A DNA stretch of 52,446 nucleotides, from the IMG/VR virus record IMGVR_UViG_3300020463_000029, positions 1 through 52,446 of that record; one strand, given 5' to 3'. Origin of the DNA: a virus. Taxonomy: Duplodnaviria; Caudoviricetes. The notes below the pieces were generated by a model. That model did no database searches. It worked only from the letters and a program-made list of their open reading frames with translations, and had not been told where the DNA came from. This document shows positions 39,901-47,276 of the stretch, one piece after another. The translations under genes were made by a program, and so were the position numbers. How positions within the stretch are numbered: the first letter of the stretch is position 1; each line of letters begins with the position of its first letter.

Positions 39901-40971
39901 GCGGCGACAGGTCTTTCTTTAACAACAACAAGACAAACTGTATTCCTATTAAGACTAGCACCATCAGTATCAAATGCATTGACAGGTGATCTAGGAGACA
40001 GAGACTTATTGAACAGAGCACAGTTGCTACTAGACGGAATTGAAATAACATCGAACCAAGCGGCGGCAGGTGACCAAGGTCAGTTGGTTGTACAAGGTGT
40101 ATTGAATCCACAAAACTATCCAATTGATCCAGCAGATATTGGTTGGGCGGACTTAACGGGTGTTGCCCAAGGTGGTCAGCCAAGTTTTGGTCAGATAGCG
40201 GCAGGTGGTTCAGTTAACTGGAACGGTGGTGCATCAACTACTACTCAAACAGCGGCAACTCAAGCACAGATGACTGCAACAGCAAACCACTGGTTCAACT
40301 TAGGTGGTAACAGAAACTATGCATACTTCCTTGAAGCACAATGGGAAGGTAAAGGTTTAAGAGTTGGTATGGCAGTTACTTCAGGACAATTCCCATCAGG
40401 TACAGTTGTTACACAGATTATTGACTACAACTCATACTACTTTGTAAGATTTAACAATAGACACACAGGTATATCAGGTGGACAAGCAGTTGACTTTGCA
40501 CTAGGTGGTGACCTAACAGGTACAAACTTCTTGTACATGGATCAAACAACTTGGGAGGCTTCAGGTGCAGTAAGTGGTACAGAAGTTGATACGGCTTACG
40601 CTAATTTCCCACCAGGTACAACAGTGTCACAAGTTGACCCACTAGATACATTTGGTGCAACAAACTTCTACAGAGTGGTGTTTACACAGACATCATCAGG
40701 AACTATTACAGCAGGTAGTAACATAACGTTTGTATTTGGTCAACCGCCATATGCACAACCAGGTGAAACAATCTTTTCATTCATTGCGGTACCGGGTGAA
40801 CGTGCAAACTTGGGACTTGATAAGATCAAAGTATTGACAAACACAACACTAGGTGGACGAGGAACGTTCCCTAATGGTCCAGACGTGTTAGCAATCAACG
40901 TTTATAGAACAGCAGGTACAGGTGGTGTTTCATCAACAGTTACACTACGTTGGTCAGAAGCACAAGCGTAA
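33946..40971 (+). CDS. Giant tail-fibre/virion protein (2341 aa)
   Basis: N-terminal helical C-x-R-D modules; DAIERMRVAQPESMLDADFEYGLQPTKW; 8 copies of G..Y...D.I.I.G..LGG....ND..I.V; lectin-like RQSKKYIRYQSGKG...KMQMIGIQFSWYGAG region. Confidence 0.8.
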   Translation: MAKRRVENYKFTPGIPLSGNLYPNAWAQINANKEWLKDESNAFINFKVAQDTAADLYPNTSARITNNLDYIKSEVAAWVAVQVAGNVSPFAGYSKLAADIKTDTGNVVNAAYRDTRYGGNENIRLQSGTYFADGVLQLANDGDPEVAYLTKARDIVVNYILPGIAYSSINSDGFSQNTTGTNGEAGGVSGYTTNHNVITNAIDNGILTLPALVSSVYVFENFTYDSYLCERDMGYNIDGILKDLRYGGNEQSRYNASTYWVGTVSVLSGDRQPEEAVKNEIRNIINNYVIPGNAFTTKQNPVVTQQTILGTPGEAGATTRVTSLFGIITDVVINGLDNLPAQINNGISSVKVPEKIDLERLLLITNATDNNVLYTFNDPAKGATAEYKREYSTDTSNPTAFVDPDFPKAFHGNDAITTLFLETDTSTDNSTDRIQIFVEDNQLTVRPFDFGTDAIERMRVAQPESMLDADFEYGLQPTKWSAISTQRGYPSIYEVPGTDFDVSGVTSDASAGTQGIGSSLITVTTVGPHGFEAGQPLTITGFDNGVAGASRAAGSFTVNTVVSTTQFTYYAKAKVGQVNPTTISTNATQLREGAFYTGAAIGFPTFSVSDNGSSGSIVTALAALSGTTFLPYSGATPPIGAPLSGTGIQTGTQITAINGTGGALASPTVTGDYLSGVTEIQVADSAGIVQNSVIDRGDGYAVTITNVAGNSLTLSAPLTQPLVGDVTQYTNLAGANYSPQGQLARFNITRTGGNYSAAIVASGENYAVGDAIVVSGTDLGGSTPANDCTVLVQTIDTGGEILTVTASGSAFTGTGTATGVAPTFNGNAGSGAQLNLTKTNGTYSVALNSPTYTNISGTQTTPGGSNATFDVTAAGGNYTVAVNNAGSGYAQNDVIRITGSEFGGTTSNHLNIRVTAVSGSGEIQTINAGGNAPDQTVTYNSPAFTSDQAGVNAQFNVTRTGTTYSAVITGIGSGYVQNEVLTFVGTNLGGATTANDATITVDSVDGNGGILTFTVGGTAVDTKDYTALSTGVNLVGSSGTFDIAISGAVATVTSNTAGDDYGVGQEIILLGSLFGGQDSVHDITVTVTAVTGGTGAGPISTLSQAYTGSAGAAPVDGTSGYSVGDLYVINGSDAGASAAVNDAYVSVSSVNGQGGITALAVTGTGTDANVDYVSPAYTTSASGTGAVFDINRTGAVYTATFSNNGSSFVGAETIDIAGTALGGSSPANDCQITVNTVSAGAVATFTVTGTAVNTQTFTNVNKAYRTGVGLSVDVELSGGTYTVSLNNAGSGYNANQSFTIPGTSLFGATPTNDLTFDVGSVDAQSTGVVTALANQSGTANTGTGQSLNVAGTNRTPQGVGAQYSVTRTNATDSSTAYTECQVTSTGSNYAVGDKLIISGANLGGQNITNDITVRVQQVNTNGGILASTHEGTAVGGTGLQVFSSVTISDPTSQNIAQTQTVTYSALATMQIDFATPHGLVPGNAFLVVIQSDDGANNHILASGPFLATAIPSPTQLRYQVRSPGAITDSGWQGFVYGRPDSFFVHRPFDGGVQLGTGGPAHGAQAIRQSKKYIRYQSGKGCMYTTGALFAPSYDILNVTADGTNSGATITVTIDDVDHNLQVGAKIRLVGIATSGYDGTYTVASVTSERVLTITAQITLGATTAEFTDQPQVSLYQWNGATVRSGIFDDQNGIFWEYDGQQTNAVQRTATRQLAGTVTVTPDSNTVTGVGTRFREQVKAGDRIVIRGMTHVVAGVASNTSMNVTPDYRGVNTSAGVKICAVVDKKAKQSEFNRDVLDGTGASGYNWNVSKMQMIGIQFSWYGAGFIDWMCRGHKGEFIFVHRMRNSNINTEAFMRTGNQPVRYEVTNEGPNGKLEADMTTVQTTVPLVDASFFPTTGGTVYIDNEVITFTGVSGDTLTGCTRAAQLTNFASGATRSYTGGTASTHFRNSGVVLISNTASPNISHWGSAYLTDGNFDEDRGYLFSYAATGLSLTTTRQTVFLLRLAPSVSNALTGDLGDRDLLNRAQLLLDGIEITSNQAAAGDQGQLVVQGVLNPQNYPIDPADIGWADLTGVAQGGQPSFGQIAAGGSVNWNGGASTTTQTAATQAQMTATANHWFNLGGNRNYAYFLEAQWEGKGLRVGMAVTSGQFPSGTVVTQIIDYNSYYFVRFNNRHTGISGGQAVDFALGGDLTGTNFLYMDQTTWEASGAVSGTEVDTAYANFPPGTTVSQVDPLDTFGATNFYRVVFTQTSSGTITAGSNITFVFGQPPYAQPGETIFSFIAVPGERANLGLDKIKVLTNTTLGGRGTFPNGPDVLAINVYRTAGTGGVSSTVTLRWSEAQA
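36130..38260 (+). repeat. Eight degenerate protein-level beta-module repeats inside the 2341-aa gene (boundaries approximate)
   Basis: Examples: GENYAVGDAIVVSGTDLGGSTPANDCTVLV, GSGYVQNEVLTFVGTNLGGATTANDATITV, GSNYAVGDKLIISGANLGGQNITNDITVRV. Confidence 0.75.
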
Positions 40972-40973
40972 TT

Positions 40974-41357
40974 TTATTTTTCTTCTAAAGGTTTTAATTG
41001 GCTATCACCTTTTATAATTCGATAATTATCTTCAGGATCATCAGCAGTGCTAACTTCAGTAATACTGCCGGAGTCGGTGATGCATTGTAATTGATGTGGC
41101 ATTAGAGGCAAATTTCTCCATGTTTCGCCTTCTTTTAATTCTTTTGTGTAAAGTGTTGCGTCTTTCGTATCAATCCAACTTAATAAAAATCTACCTGAAT
41201 TAACAAACCAACTTTCATCTTTTGTTTTGTGAAAATGCATAGAAAATTTAGCATTCTTTTTTGTGAATACTAAAAGTTTTCCGCAATATAGATCATTGGA
41301 AGAGAATATTAATTCGTAACCCCAAGATTTATCTACTTTACCTTCTTTATTAATCAT
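40974..41357 (-). CDS. Cupin-fold protein (sugar isomerase-like)
   Basis: VDKSWGYELI, FSMHFHKTKDESW, PLMPHQL and EVST..D.ED.YR are cupin motifs. Confidence 0.8.
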   Translation of the reverse strand: MINKEGKVDKSWGYELIFSSNDLYCGKLLVFTKKNAKFSMHFHKTKDESWFVNSGRFLLSWIDTKDATLYTKELKEGETWRNLPLMPHQLQCITDSGSITEVSTADDPEDNYRIIKGDSQLKPLEEK

Positions 41358-42165
41358 TTAAAAATTCTTCAACTGTTTTAAATTTGTGTTGTATATGTTT
41401 ATTTAATTCTGTCAAATCTGCTGAGGTGTAGGTCTGATATTGTCCTTGTAATTTTCCAGGCATTGGTACTATTTCTATTTCAGCATTGTATTTTTTGGCA
41501 ACTAAATCAGCAACTTTTTGAAAAGAAATAGGTGCTCCTGTACCTATATTGAAAATTCCTGACACATCTTTTGTAAGCATTTTGCCATGCACTTCGCACA
41601 CATCATTTACACTTACAAAATCTCTTAGATATTTGTCACTGTTTTCAAATAATTTTATTTTGCCTGTTTTGGCTTGGTTTGCAAATTTAGTAATTGGTGA
41701 TGCTTGATCGCCTTTGCTTTCTTCATTGTTTCCATACACATTAAAGTATCTAAAACCTTGCACAAGAACTTTGAATTCACCCATTATGCTTTCCACAAAT
41801 CTGTCAAACATATATTTGCTCCATGCATAAGCATTTAGTGGATACACGTCACCGTCTTCTTTGAAGTTTCCAGTGTTACCGTACACACTTGCCGAACTGG
41901 CATATTGAAAATTTGTACCCATTGTGTCACACATTTCTAAAAGTTTCATACTGTATTCTAGATTATGTTTTAAAATTTTGTCTACGTTTCTTTCAGTGGT
42001 GCTTGATATCGCTCCTAAATGAATAACCCAATCATATAAAGAAGGATCAGGAAAATGATTTACACCTTGCCAAGGAAAGCCAATTACTTCGTGCCCTTCT
42101 TTAGTTAATTGCATTCCTAAATGATTACCTATAAATCCTTTATATCCTGTTAAACAAATTCTCAC
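41350..42165 (-). CDS. hldD: ADP-L-glycero-D-manno-heptose 6-epimerase-like extended SDR
   Basis: TGYKGFIG, HLGAISSTTE, YASSASVYG, YAWSKYMFD, GFRYFNVYG, RDFVSV and YQTYTSADL; GTG start; lies near hldE. Confidence 0.85.
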   Translation of the reverse strand: MRICLTGYKGFIGNHLGMQLTKEGHEVIGFPWQGVNHFPDPSLYDWVIHLGAISSTTERNVDKILKHNLEYSMKLLEMCDTMGTNFQYASSASVYGNTGNFKEDGDVYPLNAYAWSKYMFDRFVESIMGEFKVLVQGFRYFNVYGNNEESKGDQASPITKFANQAKTGKIKLFENSDKYLRDFVSVNDVCEVHGKMLTKDVSGIFNIGTGAPISFQKVADLVAKKYNAEIEIVPMPGKLQGQYQTYTSADLTELNKHIQHKFKTVEEFLND

Positions 42166-42764
42166 GTATTACTCCACAATTTTATAATTTCTTCTGAACC
42201 TTTTGGCGCTATATCTTTTGTTAATTGATCTGTATGATGTGCAACATAATTGATATTGATGTTTACTCTTGATCTCGCATCTGTACAAGTGCTACCTGAG
42301 TGTTCCATATAACTAGGAAATATAACCATAGAGTTTGCAACACTTCCAACTTTATCGCCATCTTTAAATTCTGTATATCCGTTGTTTGTATTACAATAAA
42401 AAATTGCTGTGTAACTTAATGGCACACTTACATCACAATGCATACCATGAGTAACAATTTCACTTTGACTAGGAATATTATTTGCTTTAACACGTAAAAA
42501 AGTATGTGGTTGTAACACAGTAAATATTGGTATTAACATATTCCATAGTTCTGGTCCTGTTACAATGTTGCTAACTTCGTGAAATTTGTGTACAAATTGT
42601 ATTTGCAATCTTTCATCTGTGTTTGCTTGGTGTGGATGTACCAAGTGGTCTTGATAAAACCAAGGAAATTTGTCACTAAACATTATGTCACTAATACCTT
42701 GAAATTGTTCTTGACTCAAAGCATCTGTAATTATAATTTTGTTATTTTTTATTGTTTTGTTCAT
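42162..42764 (-). CDS. Phage 2OG-Fe(II) oxygenase-like protein
   Basis: H-x-D (MHCD), TAIFYCNTNNGYT, distal His (MEHSG) and R.N.N.NY. Confidence 0.75.
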   Translation of the reverse strand: MNKTIKNNKIIITDALSQEQFQGISDIMFSDKFPWFYQDHLVHPHQANTDERLQIQFVHKFHEVSNIVTGPELWNMLIPIFTVLQPHTFLRVKANNIPSQSEIVTHGMHCDVSVPLSYTAIFYCNTNNGYTEFKDGDKVGSVANSMVIFPSYMEHSGSTCTDARSRVNININYVAHHTDQLTKDIAPKGSEEIIKLWSNT

Positions 42765-44001
42765 TAACTTTGTCCACTATATTAGATGTTGAAAAACCTT
42801 TTACCGTTGGAAAAATTTTTACATCTGCTAATTCATTTCCTACTGTTGTTGCCACAGTATAATCTCCACCTTTGACTATAATATCTGGTCCATTATTTTT
42901 AATTGCTTCTATCGGAGTATCTTCTTCAAACACAACAACTTTATCTACCCAAGGTAATTGTAATAATTGTTGTTCACGTATGATAGCATTGTTAAATGGT
43001 CTATCATCGCCTTTTAATCTTTTAACACTTGTATCTGAATTGATTCCAACAATAAGAATATCCCCTTGTTGTTTTGCAAATTTTAATAATTCAAAATGTC
43101 CTTTGTGTAATATATCAAACACACCATTTGTCCATACAATGATGTCTTCAATATCTGTTTTAGAAATAATAGATACTCCTCTTTTTTGTACAATTTTTTG
43201 AGCACCTTTGTATGCAAGTTCACAAGCACTAGGAATATCTTTGTGCTGACTGTAATGAGCAATAATGGCAAGTACAGAATCACCTGCACCACTTACATCT
43301 GATACTTCTATTGCATCACCTTTTATGTGTTTGTAGGAATCTTTGCTTACCACATGAATGCCATTTGCACCGTCAGTTACAATTAACCAAGTCCATAAAT
43401 TTGATTTGCATCTATCTTGTGCAATTTCTATGTTGAATTTGCCAAACCATGCCTCGTATTCTTTCATGTTTGGTTTTATTAAAAATGCTCCAATATATCT
43501 ACTGAATCCTTGCTTTGGGTCGACATAAACATTTTTACATTTTGTTAAAATTTTTTGGACTGTGTCTTTTTGTATAACTCCTTTATTGTAATCGCTGATT
43601 AAAACTGTGTCAGTATCTACAAGGTCTTTCAATAATTCATCTTCAACTGTGCTTTTGGTATATGACTGTTCTTTGTCTACTCTTAACAGATGTTGACCAT
43701 TTTGTCCCACCATTCTTGTTTTGGTTGTGGTCATTTCTGCATCTTGGCAAACACGTGATGATATGTTATTTTGCAGTAAAATTTCAATGATTTTGTGCCC
43801 GGCAATGTCTTTGCCCACGGCACCATATAGCCACGTGTCTGTGCCCAAGTTTGACAGGTTTAAAGCGAGGTTTCCTGCCCCTCCAACGTTGAAGTCTTTA
43901 GTTTTTTCTTTGAGTACAATGACTGGTGCTTCAGGACTGACTCTATCGCAGTCTCCTTCAATCCAGGAGTCTAGCATTACATCACCAATTATTTTAATCA
44001 T
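42742..44001 (-). CDS. hldE: Bifunctional heptose-7-phosphate kinase / heptose-1-phosphate adenylyltransferase
   Basis: PfkB domain GDVMLD...RVSPEAPV...GGAGN...SDYNKG...VDPK...KPN..E...DVSGAGD; nucleotidyltransferase domain TNGVFDILHKGH...GINSD.SVKRLKG..RP...KGGDY...GFSTS. Confidence 0.95.
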   Translation of the reverse strand: MIKIIGDVMLDSWIEGDCDRVSPEAPVIVLKEKTKDFNVGGAGNLALNLSNLGTDTWLYGAVGKDIAGHKIIEILLQNNISSRVCQDAEMTTTKTRMVGQNGQHLLRVDKEQSYTKSTVEDELLKDLVDTDTVLISDYNKGVIQKDTVQKILTKCKNVYVDPKQGFSRYIGAFLIKPNMKEYEAWFGKFNIEIAQDRCKSNLWTWLIVTDGANGIHVVSKDSYKHIKGDAIEVSDVSGAGDSVLAIIAHYSQHKDIPSACELAYKGAQKIVQKRGVSIISKTDIEDIIVWTNGVFDILHKGHFELLKFAKQQGDILIVGINSDTSVKRLKGDDRPFNNAIIREQQLLQLPWVDKVVVFEEDTPIEAIKNNGPDIIVKGGDYTVATTVGNELADVKIFPTVKGFSTSNIVDKVNEQNNKK

Positions 44002-44429
44002 TGCATTAATTTTAACATTTTGAACACTGTATCCAATTTCAATTGATTATTTTTATTTTGGATAGTTTTACGTAATCCTTGATGCAAAGGTTTAGGCCAA
44101 TGACCAAAACTTACCCAAGCATAGCCATCGTGTTCTGTGTTTAATTTTGGAATAAATTCATTTTGAACAACGCAAATGTATGTATGATACAAAAAGTTTT
44201 CATCATTACTAATAAAAGTTTCCATGGGTATTCTTTTTATAATTTTTTGTTCACCAATTTCTTCTTTTATTTCTCTTTGGAGACCTTCCCATAAATTTTC
44301 ATTGGTAGTTGTGCCACCAACTAATCCCCATACTTGATTTTGTTTACTCTGTGTTCTATGCAACAACAAGAAACGTTGTGTGTCTAAAGTGTAGAAGAGT
44401 GCTCCACACCCGGTTATTTTACTGCTCAT
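43998..44429 (-). CDS. NUDIX hydrolase (143 aa; likely start at 44429 rather than 44528)
   Basis: Complete Nudix box GGTTTNENLWEGLQREIKEEIG. The start MSSKITGCGALF avoids overlap with gp15 and follows ATAATTA (44435-44441, minus strand). Confidence 0.9.
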   Translation of the reverse strand: MSSKITGCGALFYTLDTQRFLLLHRTQSKQNQVWGLVGGTTTNENLWEGLQREIKEEIGEQKIIKRIPMETFISNDENFLYHTYICVVQNEFIPKLNTEHDGYAWVSFGHWPKPLHQGLRKTIQNKNNQLKLDTVFKMLKLMQ

Positions 44430-44445
44430 GTAATTAATTATGTGA

Positions 44446-45903
44446 CTAAGAGATCTTCCAAGTGCCTTTTCGATATTCACCTTCGAACGATAATAACCAT
44501 TCACTACCATTCCATTTGTATTGCACACCCGTCTTTAAATTGGTAATGTATGAAGGTATAAATGTGCTGTCACCTGGATCAGGATTTGCACTTGAATCAA
44601 AAATAATTTCCCAATTGGTACCATTCCATTCAACAATGTCATTAGCACCTGCTACCAAATCAATATTACTGATGCCTTTCCAAGCATCTGCACCATCAAC
44701 ATTTGAAGCACTGCCTATATCTTTTAATAACAATAGTCTTTTTCCATTTTGTTTCACACTTGATGGATTGTATGTTGTTGGATCAACAATAAAGTCTACA
44801 GATCCTCTCGTATCTACTGGGCCAACAATTATTGTGTCAGTTGGAATAGTGTCTTCGTCCCAAGTTACTAAAAGTTGGAAAGGGTTGGTTTCGTTAACTG
44901 CAACTGTACCAATTACTGGAACATCTATTCCTTCTCTATGTAAAGATATTTGACTTAATCCAGTTTTGAAATTTGGAATTACATTTAAATATCCGTCCCA
45001 TACTATTCCACCAATTACACCTTTATCTATAATTTGTACTACACTGTTTAACACGTACACATCAAATTGTGTGCCTGTTGTTCCTTGTACAGAACTTGTA
45101 TCTTTTCTTGTTGCAACACTTGAATCAATAGTGCCGTCTGCACTTGCTCTAATATCTGCTTTAATACTTTTTTCGTAATCATCTTGATATGCCATTAGTT
45201 CAGGCATTGTTTCACTTAAATCAATATTTCCTGTTCTTTCGTTGAATATACTTGTTATAATATGAGTGATAACTCCTAACTTTTTAACTTTTGTAGGTGG
45301 ACTGATGTATATCGGCATTGTGAAAGTCATTGATGCAACATCTATTTCTGTTTCTGTGCCTGTTGGAATTGTATTAGAAGCAAATGTTATGTTTGTTAGT
45401 TCCACAACACTTAAACTTGTCCAGTCTACATAATTGTCAGTAGTTTGTATTTCTAAACTAGGGTTAAACAACATCATAATTTGTTCCATGATTTGTAATT
45501 TTTGTTCTGTGTTACTTGTCCACATATCAACATTCATTGTTAGTGTGTAAGGTGTAGGCATTAAACGTTCTACAGTAACATTTTTACCTTGTGTGTTTAA
45601 GTATTCTTTGTTATTACTGTCATATGCACGTTCTCTGATGTGTATTTTACTAACAAAACTTGCGTCTGCAATTCTTGTTCTATCCATTTCTAAGCCTTGT
45701 ACATATGCCGCCATTCTTGGAACAGAAGGTAATTTATTTTCAGAATTATCTCTTATGATGTGTGCAACTTGTCTTGTTATATTTCCATACATCACTGGTA
45801 TTTGTCTAAGAGCACCATCACCATCTTTATATGAAAAATTACTCAATAGACGAATTAACTGTGTAATATATCTTCTAATTTGTCCATCGTAAAAATGTTG
45901 CAT
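44446..45903 (-). CDS. Tail sheath stabiliser/completion protein (T4 gp15-like) with a C-terminal extension
   Basis: HFYD.QIRRY...F...IPVMYG...LPSVPRM...MPTPY.L......W......Q..QI.EQI...FNP; neck-gene context. Confidence 0.8.
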   Translation of the reverse strand: MQHFYDGQIRRYITQLIRLLSNFSYKDGDGALRQIPVMYGNITRQVAHIIRDNSENKLPSVPRMAAYVQGLEMDRTRIADASFVSKIHIRERAYDSNNKEYLNTQGKNVTVERLMPTPYTLTMNVDMWTSNTEQKLQIMEQIMMLFNPSLEIQTTDNYVDWTSLSVVELTNITFASNTIPTGTETEIDVASMTFTMPIYISPPTKVKKLGVITHIITSIFNERTGNIDLSETMPELMAYQDDYEKSIKADIRASADGTIDSSVATRKDTSSVQGTTGTQFDVYVLNSVVQIIDKGVIGGIVWDGYLNVIPNFKTGLSQISLHREGIDVPVIGTVAVNETNPFQLLVTWDEDTIPTDTIIVGPVDTRGSVDFIVDPTTYNPSSVKQNGKRLLLLKDIGSASNVDGADAWKGISNIDLVAGANDIVEWNGTNWEIIFDSSANPDPGDSTFIPSYITNLKTGVQYKWNGSEWLLSFEGEYRKGTWKIS

Positions 45904-46064
45904 TATTTTTTCTCTTTATTTTTCTCGTTAAATTTTTTACTTTTAGGTGCGTAATATGTTCTTACTTTTCCCATATATTTTTTAGTTACCTTTTTGAGTC
46001 CTTGTGGCCCTGCTGTATGATCCATTGGTATCCCAACTATGCCAAATAACTCTTTTAATTTCAT
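45903..46064 (-). CDS. Small basic protein, 53 aa (absent from the ORF track)
   Basis: MKLKELFGIVGIPMDHTAGPQGLKKVTKKYMGKVRTYYAPKSKKFNEKNKEKK; TAATG overlaps at both ends exactly fill the gp14-gp15 gap. Confidence 0.75.
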   Translation of the reverse strand: MKLKELFGIVGIPMDHTAGPQGLKKVTKKYMGKVRTYYAPKSKKFNEKNKEKK

Positions 46065-47221
46065 TATTCATCCGCCTTAGGTCTTAATGCTTTTGATAAA
46101 CTTTGTCTTTCTTTAACTGTTTCGCCACCAACATTTCTAGTTTTTGTGTTGTTAATAAATGTTCCTTTTTGTGTCGCTCTTGTATCTGTTTGTGATAATG
46201 TATGACGTATATTATCTTCCATTTTCACCCAACGTCCACCATCATATCTAAACAATCTATTTGGTAAAAAGTCAGTACGTAAAAAATAATCCCCTTTGTC
46301 TGAGGCAGTTGGGAAACTTATTCCAAATCCAAATACTTCACCATTAGGTGCAAGTCCGTCACCTAGCAAGTAACCGTCGTAACCAGTTTTACTTGGAGTC
46401 TGATTGACTCTGTCAGCCAATGTGTTTTGTGTGGATGCATCTAATGTACTTGTATCAGTTGTAACAAGTTCAGGTTTTCCTTTATCATCAACTTGCAGTG
46501 TGTAAAAATGTGCAATATCATATCCTGACTTGCCTGAATCTGCTTCTGCTTGTTGTACCACTGCATTATTAATTTGCATTTCTTGTTCATATGTAGAAAG
46601 TACATCACGTAATTTTTGTGCAGACCCTTCTTCTGTAGGTAAGTCAAGTATGTCTTTAAATTCTTGTGAGTCGTAAATTTGTTTTAATTTTACTCTATAA
46701 AGATGTGGATACCAAGTAGGTGAAAAACCTTCTGCCGCTCTGTTAATATCTTCTACAACATAAAAACGTTTTAGTGCAACTTGGAAATCATTTAATGCAT
46801 ACTCGTCTTTCAAGTGTGGTAATTCAAATACATCACCAGGCATAATTTTTCTGCCTAAAGTTTTTACACTTGAAGTGATTGGTATTGTCATAAACAATGT
46901 GTCATTGGCTAAGAAAAGTCCAAATTGACTCATATCAAAGTCTATGTCTGAAACATTATAAATTCCACGAAGTTTATACACGTCAGGGTCATACTTTCTA
47001 TCCCTATTTTCTAGGAACAACATATCCTGAATGTTGGTTTCTTTTACTGCATTATATCTAGGTTGAGCGGCTGTGGCGTCATCCTCACTTGGATTCTTAG
47101 GTCCTAGGTATTTGTGTACAAAGACATCAGTACCGCCAACAGTGAACATTTCTGCTACTGTTTTATCTAAAAACGTGTAATCATGACCTTTTTCGGGTTT
47201 ATATAGACTTAATCTAGGCAT
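46064..47221 (-). CDS. Neck protein (T4 gp14-like)
   Basis: 385 aa; D.LF.E...R.Y...MSQFGLF...D.L...GR..MPGDV.ELP pattern; lies between gp15-like and gp13-like genes. Confidence 0.7.
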   Translation of the reverse strand: MPRLSLYKPEKGHDYTFLDKTVAEMFTVGGTDVFVHKYLGPKNPSEDDATAAQPRYNAVKETNIQDMLFLENRDRKYDPDVYKLRGIYNVSDIDFDMSQFGLFLANDTLFMTIPITSSVKTLGRKIMPGDVFELPHLKDEYALNDFQVALKRFYVVEDINRAAEGFSPTWYPHLYRVKLKQIYDSQEFKDILDLPTEEGSAQKLRDVLSTYEQEMQINNAVVQQAEADSGKSGYDIAHFYTLQVDDKGKPELVTTDTSTLDASTQNTLADRVNQTPSKTGYDGYLLGDGLAPNGEVFGFGISFPTASDKGDYFLRTDFLPNRLFRYDGGRWVKMEDNIRHTLSQTDTRATQKGTFINNTKTRNVGGETVKERQSLSKALRPKADE

Positions 47222-47228
47222 ACTGTTA

Positions 47229-47236
47229 TATTTATC
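47229..47236 (-). promoter_or_regulatory. Late promoter GATAAATA driving the gp14 operon
   Basis: TATTTATC on the + strand, 7 nt upstream of the minus-strand ATG at 47221. Confidence 0.7.
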
Positions 47237-47246
47237 GGATGGTCAC

Positions 47247-47264
47247 TACTGATAAATATCAGTA
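47247..47264 (+). promoter_or_regulatory. Late promoter GATAAATA (47251-47258) inside a perfect 8-bp inverted repeat
   Basis: TACTGATA-AA-TATCAGTA directly before the AAGGA RBS of gp13. Confidence 0.7.
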
Positions 47265-47276
47265 AGGATATTATAA

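Noticed and set aside
40974-44001. Bacterial LPS locus or chimeric host contamination
   Set aside because: The genes are overlap-coupled to phage neck genes and share the base composition and promoter style of the rest of the window.
44430-44528. N-terminal 33 codons of the 176-aa NUDIX ORF in the track
   Set aside because: They overlap the gp15 3' end; the ATG at 44429 gives a normal-sized NUDIX protein with a promoter-like motif just upstream.
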